NCBI GenBank assembly: GCA_041664445.1
Contig: JBAYKT010000006.1
Span: 8,058 to 72,057, forward strand
DNA: 64,000 nt
DNA from: Patescibacteria group bacterium
Lineage (GTDB): Bacteria > Patescibacteriota > Patescibacteriia > Patescibacteriales > UBA12465
Reading direction: 5' to 3'
Part shown: positions 60,414 to 64,000 of the stretch, one piece after another
How the letters are laid out: each line of letters begins with the position of its first letter
Position numbering within the stretch: the first letter of the stretch is position 1
Program-made: the position numbers and the translations under genes
Notes under the pieces: generated by a model
The model's input: the letters and a program-made list of their open reading frames with translations, nothing else
Database searches by the model: none
Told to the model about the DNA's origin: nothing

Positions 60414-61421
60414 TTATAAATTAATTACTAATTGTTCCAAAACTAAGCGCGGATTAACATTGGCCAGTAGATACTCCCGCGCCATCGCTGTTAATTTGAA
60501 TTTTAATAAAATAAAAGCGGAAAAATTATCATTACTATTTTTAGAAGCTACCAAAATATCAATCGCTTGCAAAGCCTCTTTGAGCTCGGCGGCTAGAGCC
60601 GAGTGCTGAATTTTTTCTGGTTGATTAAAATGGAGTAAAAATAAATCGCGTAATAAGCCTTCAATCATTGTTAAAACATCTTCCGCGCCAGCAAGGGCCG
60701 CCACACCGTAAGATTTATCGCTAAACAATTTATCCAGCACGCTTAAACGTTCATTAAGGCCGGTGTTAAACAATTTTAAAAATAAACTCGCTTTCTCCAA
60801 ATAAGCAGCATAGGTCCCCGGATTTTCCAAAAATCTAGCGGCTTTAAGCGGACGCCCCAGAGCCAAATTGGCTAAATCCTTAGCGAGCGAACGCTTTGCC
60901 TGATGCTCGTTTAGCAAATAATCATAAATTGTTTCCGCTTTTACCGGATTAAAATATAATTTTTGGCCACGCGATAAAATCGTCGGTAATAAATTTTCCT
61001 CGCTCTTGGCAAGCAAAATGATAACAGTCTCGCCCTTAGGTTCTTCCAAGGTTTTTAAAATCGCACTTTGAGCTTCCGAACTTAAGCTATCAGCTTCCTT
61101 AATTATACCTATCTTATAGGCATTAAGAAAAGGACTTAGGCTTAAATCTTTAATAAACTGGCGCACCTGTTCAATGGAAATTGATTTTTTACCGTCATCC
61201 GGCTTCAAAATATGAAGATCGCTGTTAAAGCCTTCTTGAGAGCCAAGTGCTTTACTCATTAGATTATGAGCAAAAGCTAAAGCCACGGTTGATTTGCCTA
61301 AATCATCCGGACCGATAAAAACATAAGTCTGAGCAACCCGACCGCCAGAAACCGCGCGATTTAAAAATTCAATCGCCTGTTCGTTGCCAATCTGGGGCCA
61401 ATTGGAGTCACTTTCTGCCAT
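60414..61421 (-). CDS. holB: DNA polymerase III delta-prime subunit
   Basis: IGNEQAIEFLNRAV..GRVAQTYVFIGPDDLGKSTVALAFA (AAA+ clamp-loader N-domain with degenerate P-loop), SRGQ sensor motif. 335 aa. Confidence 0.8.
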   Translation of the reverse strand: MAESDSNWPQIGNEQAIEFLNRAVSGGRVAQTYVFIGPDDLGKSTVALAFAHNLMSKALGSQEGFNSDLHILKPDDGKKSISIEQVRQFIKDLSLSPFLNAYKIGIIKEADSLSSEAQSAILKTLEEPKGETVIILLAKSEENLLPTILSRGQKLYFNPVKAETIYDYLLNEHQAKRSLAKDLANLALGRPLKAARFLENPGTYAAYLEKASLFLKLFNTGLNERLSVLDKLFSDKSYGVAALAGAEDVLTMIEGLLRDLFLLHFNQPEKIQHSALAAELKEALQAIDILVASKNSNDNFSAFILLKFKLTAMAREYLLANVNPRLVLEQLVINL

Positions 61422-61438
61422 AAATGTTTGGCTTAGAC

Positions 61439-62611
61439 TTAAACTATTTTAAGAAATTTTAATTTTCCTTTCTGTAAAATTGCGCCGGCGGGAATATTAA
61501 AATCTAATTCCTTAACAACTTCCTGATTAATTTTAACACCGCCTTGTTCAATAACGCGCTTAGCCTCAGATTTAGATGAAGCCAATCCAGATTCAATTAA
61601 AACCGCCACTAAATCATAAGAAGCCGGTTTTAACTCGATAATTTCATCAGGCATTTCTTTTTTAGAAAAAACTTTAATAAAATTTTCCTCCTGAGCCTGG
61701 GCGTCTGCCTCGCTATGATAAAATCGAACAATCTCTTTGGCTAATAAAATTTTATAGTCACGCGGATTGGCGCCTTTTTTAAGCGCTTCCTCATATTTTT
61801 TGATTTCCATTTCGTCAATTCTCGTCAACAAAGTAAAATATTTGATAATAAATTCATCTTGCAGAGACATAAGCTTGCCAAACATTTCCGCGGGCGAATC
61901 AAAAAGGTTAACCGTATTCCCCCAGCTAGAACTCATCTTACGTCCATCTAAGCCCTCAATGAGCGGATTAGTGATAATGTTTTGCGGCACCTGGCCATAA
62001 GCGCGTTGCATCTCCCGACCGGCAAGCAGATTAAAACGCTGATCAGTGCCTCCGAGTTCCACATCAGCCTTAATCATCACGGAATCATAACCCTGCATCA
62101 TTGGATACATCACTTCGCGCAAAGAAACACGGGAACCGGCATCCAAACGGCGGCGGATATTATCGCGCGAAATAAACTCATTAATTGAAAAAATATCAGC
62201 TTGGCGGCAAACTTCTTTATATTCCAACTTCGCCAACCATTCACTATTATAATGAACCTCGCATTTAGTAACATCAATTACCTTTCCGGCTTGGGCAATA
62301 TAATTTTTAATATTTTCCTTAATAATTGATTCATCTAACATTGGGCGTTCGCTGTTTTTATCTGAAGTGTCACCAATTGTTCCGGTAAAATCGCCAATGA
62401 TGAACACTATCTGATGGCCGAGTTCTTGAAAATCACGTAATTTTAAAAGTGGAATGGAGCGGCCCAAGTGAATATTTGGGCTTGTCGGGTCAATCCCTAG
62501 CTTAATTCTCAGCGGATTGCCACTTTTAAGTTTTTCTGTCAAATCCTTAAGATCAATCACTTCTTCCACTCCGCGCGTTAAAAGTTCGACTATTTTTTGC
62601 TCTTTTTTCAT
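61439..62611 (-). CDS. tyrS: tyrosyl-tRNA synthetase
   Basis: GIDPTSPNIHLGRS (HIGH-type), KMSSSWGN (KMSKS-type) and a C-terminal S4 domain (SKSEAKRVIEQGGVKIN). Confidence 0.95.
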   Translation of the reverse strand: MKKEQKIVELLTRGVEEVIDLKDLTEKLKSGNPLRIKLGIDPTSPNIHLGRSIPLLKLRDFQELGHQIVFIIGDFTGTIGDTSDKNSERPMLDESIIKENIKNYIAQAGKVIDVTKCEVHYNSEWLAKLEYKEVCRQADIFSINEFISRDNIRRRLDAGSRVSLREVMYPMMQGYDSVMIKADVELGGTDQRFNLLAGREMQRAYGQVPQNIITNPLIEGLDGRKMSSSWGNTVNLFDSPAEMFGKLMSLQDEFIIKYFTLLTRIDEMEIKKYEEALKKGANPRDYKILLAKEIVRFYHSEADAQAQEENFIKVFSKKEMPDEIIELKPASYDLVAVLIESGLASSKSEAKRVIEQGGVKINQEVVKELDFNIPAGAILQKGKLKFLKIV

Positions 62612-62631
62612 ATTATTTATCTTTCTCTATT

Positions 62632-62640
62632 AGTATATCA
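62632..62640 (-). promoter_or_regulatory. possible extended -10 element (TGaTATACT) upstream of tyrS
   Basis: The minus strand reads TGA TATACT at 62640-62632, 20 nt before the tyrS ATG. There is no convincing -35, and the AT-rich context makes chance matches likely. Confidence 0.3.
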
Positions 62641-62668
62641 TATTTCTATAAAGATAACATAAAAACGA

Positions 62669-62697
62669 TTGATTTTTCAAGCGGAAACTGTTATATT
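62669..62697 (+). promoter_or_regulatory. candidate promoter for the sugar-transferase gene with an extended -10
   Basis: TTGATT (62669-62674), 17-nt spacer ending in TGt, TATATT (62692-62697). The ATG lies 8 nt downstream (62706). Confidence 0.5.
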
Positions 62698-62705
62698 GGC
62701 CTTAT

Positions 62706-64000
62706 ATGACCAGCGGTTTTAAAAAAATAATTCTCCTCAGCGGCGATTTAGCTTCCCTATTTTTAGCTTTATCTCTAGTCTTGCTGTCCAGATATCCCCG
62801 GGCCGCCTTCAACGAGCAGCTGCAAAAGCATCTTTGGCCATTTTTATTGGTCTTTATTTTTTGGCTGATTGCCATTTACATCAGTGGTCTTTATGACCTT
62901 AATCTGAAAGCTCGAAGCCGCCGCTTTTTAAAAGCAATAATGAGTGCCGCAGCAGTCGCTAGTTTAATTTCCATCACTTATTTCTATTTAAATGTCGCAT
63001 CCAGCGTCGCCCCGAGAACTAACTTAGCATTATTTATTGCTTTTTTCTTGGGACTCTTTTTTATTTGGCGCTACTTATACCAAACGATTCAGCGGGCCGT
63101 CCCCGGAGTGGGTCTGGCAATTATGGGTAATAATGAAAAAAGCCGCGCGCTGCAAAGTGAACTAAATAAAAATCCTGGTGCCGGCTATAGACTAGAAATA
63201 ATCATTCCCGACGAGAGCGAGCTGGAAAAATTAAAAAATCAAGTAGAGGGCGAAAAAGTAAAAATTGTGGTTGTTTGCGATGATTTTGGTTCCGCCAAGA
63301 CGACTGACTCTCTACTTAAGCTTTTACAAAACCGAATAAGCGTTTACAGCTATCCAGATTTTTACGAACTCTTAAGCGGTAAAATTCCAGTGGAAGAGAT
63401 TAGCGCCAATTGGTTTTTGGAAAACTTGCGAGAAAATCAGCGCGGCTATTTTAATCTTCTAAAAAGAATTATGGATTTTATCGGGGCGCTGACCGTTTTA
63501 ATCATTTCTTTAATTTTCTGGCCGTTAATTGCCCTGATTATTAAATTAGAGAGTCGCGGACCGATTTTCTTTCGCCAGCCGCGTCTCGGCCGCCAAGGAA
63601 AATTATTTACCATCATTAAATTCCGCACCATGCGCGAAACCGGCAATGATCGCGCGCTAACGATTGACGGCGACAAAAGAATTACCGCTTTCGGAAATTT
63701 CTTACGCAAAACTAGATTGGATGAAATTCCGCAAATGATAAATATTTTAAAAGGCGAAATGAGTTTTATCGGCCCGCGACCTGAAAGACCGGAACTGGCA
63801 CAAGCTTTAGAACAAAAAATTTCTTTTTATAATACTAGATTGATAGTCAAGCCAGGGCTTTCCGGCTGGGACCAAATTTCCGGCGAATACCATTCGCCGA
63901 CCGAAGAGGATACTCTTAAAAAATTACAGAATGATTTATTCTATATTAAAAACCGCTCGCTATTCCTAGACCTGGCCATCATTATGAAAACGGTGGCAAC
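62706..64000 (+). CDS. polyprenyl-phosphate glycosyl-1-phosphate transferase (bacterial sugar transferase, WbaP/EPS type), 3'-truncated by the window edge; not in the ORF track
   Basis: Manual translation from the ATG at 62706: MTSGFKKIILLSGDLASLFLALSLV... then KRIMDFIGALTVLIISLIFWPLIALIIKLESRGPIFFRQPRLGRQGKLFTIIKFRTM...LDEIPQMINILKGEMSFIGPRPERP. The frame is open to nt 64000. Confidence 0.85.
   Translation, partial: MTSGFKKIILLSGDLASLFLALSLVLLSRYPRAAFNEQLQKHLWPFLLVFIFWLIAIYISGLYDLNLKARSRRFLKAIMSAAAVASLISITYFYLNVASSVAPRTNLALFIAFFLGLFFIWRYLYQTIQRAVPGVGLAIMGNNEKSRALQSELNKNPGAGYRLEIIIPDESELEKLKNQVEGEKVKIVVVCDDFGSAKTTDSLLKLLQNRISVYSYPDFYELLSGKIPVEEISANWFLENLRENQRGYFNLLKRIMDFIGALTVLIISLIFWPLIALIIKLESRGPIFFRQPRLGRQGKLFTIIKFRTMRETGNDRALTIDGDKRITAFGNFLRKTRLDEIPQMINILKGEMSFIGPRPERPELAQALEQKISFYNTRLIVKPGLSGWDQISGEYHSPTEEDTLKKLQNDLFYIKNRSLFLDLAIIMKTVA

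Noticed and set aside
62612-62705. T-box or other leader riboswitch upstream of the tRNA synthetase genes (tyrS, and also ileS, alaS, proS)
   Set aside because: The upstream regions are 15-94 nt, far too short for a T-box (about 200 nt or more). No T-box-like conserved 14-mer was seen.
63446-63709. 87-aa minus-strand ORF near the window end
   Set aside because: It is antisense to the strongly supported sugar-transferase frame (PF02397-like motifs read on the plus strand).
1-64000. Alternative genetic code with UGA reassigned (as in Gracilibacteria/Absconditabacteria)
   Set aside because: RF2, which reads UGA, is encoded intact. Several well-supported genes terminate at TGA at the expected length (ruvA at 37531, mraY at 18604, the MreD-like gene at 33823). 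No homology-supported gene needs readthrough of TGA.
1-64000. tRNA, rRNA, CRISPR arrays, transposases, integrases, prophage or toxin-antitoxin modules
   Set aside because: No intergenic region exceeds about 150 nt. None shows tRNA-like T-loop or acceptor features or direct repeats with spacers. No ORF has recombinase or transposase motifs.

Overview
This is an AT-rich, very gene-dense chromosomal segment. I call about 70 protein genes. Nearly all are on the minus strand, and intergenic gaps are mostly under 60 nt. I found no rRNA, tRNA, CRISPR array, transposase or integrase; no intergenic gap exceeds about 150 nt.

Content is core housekeeping:
- A fused ribosomal/RNAP operon: infA-rpmJ-rpsM-rpsK-rpsD-rpoA-rplQ-rplM-rpsI.
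- prfB, and four aminoacyl-tRNA synthetases (alaS, proS, ileS, tyrS).
- A mur/dcw block: mraY-ftsW-murG-murC-ABC exporter-murB.
- mreBCD plus a second mreB.
- secA, nrdAB, frr, hpf, holB, ruvA and comEC.
- A cell-surface glycan region with GT2 and GT4 glycosyltransferases, UXS-like, rfbB and rfbC-like genes, an S8 protease and a polyprenyl-phosphate sugar transferase.

Several features suggest a reduced-genome bacterium of the Patescibacteria/CPR type. Proteins are domain-trimmed (AlaRS, ProRS, ComEC, RpoA), ribosomal proteins carry K/E-rich tails, and start sites lack Shine-Dalgarno motifs. This placement is inference only. The genetic code looks standard: RF2 is present and TGA is used as a stop.

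The most unusual region is 46135-50544, a nine-gene co-directional block of nucleotide hydrolases. It holds 2 MazG-like, 2 NUDIX (one MTH1-like), a YfbR-like HD, a DNPH1/Rcl-like and a YqfB-like ASCH protein. Two uncharacterised paralogous UVR-motif proteins in the block bracket the HD enzyme. The block lies just downstream of nrdAB-secA.

Other notable points:
- NrdB carries a class Ic-like signature (Glu first ligand, Phe at the radical-Tyr position).
- RpoA lacks the alpha-CTD.
- There is a catalytically eroded PilB/GspE-like ATPase.
- prfB is apparently leaderless and has no frameshift.
- A perfect consensus sigma70 promoter precedes infA.

All family assignments come from motif reading and recalled reference sequences. 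No database search was run.
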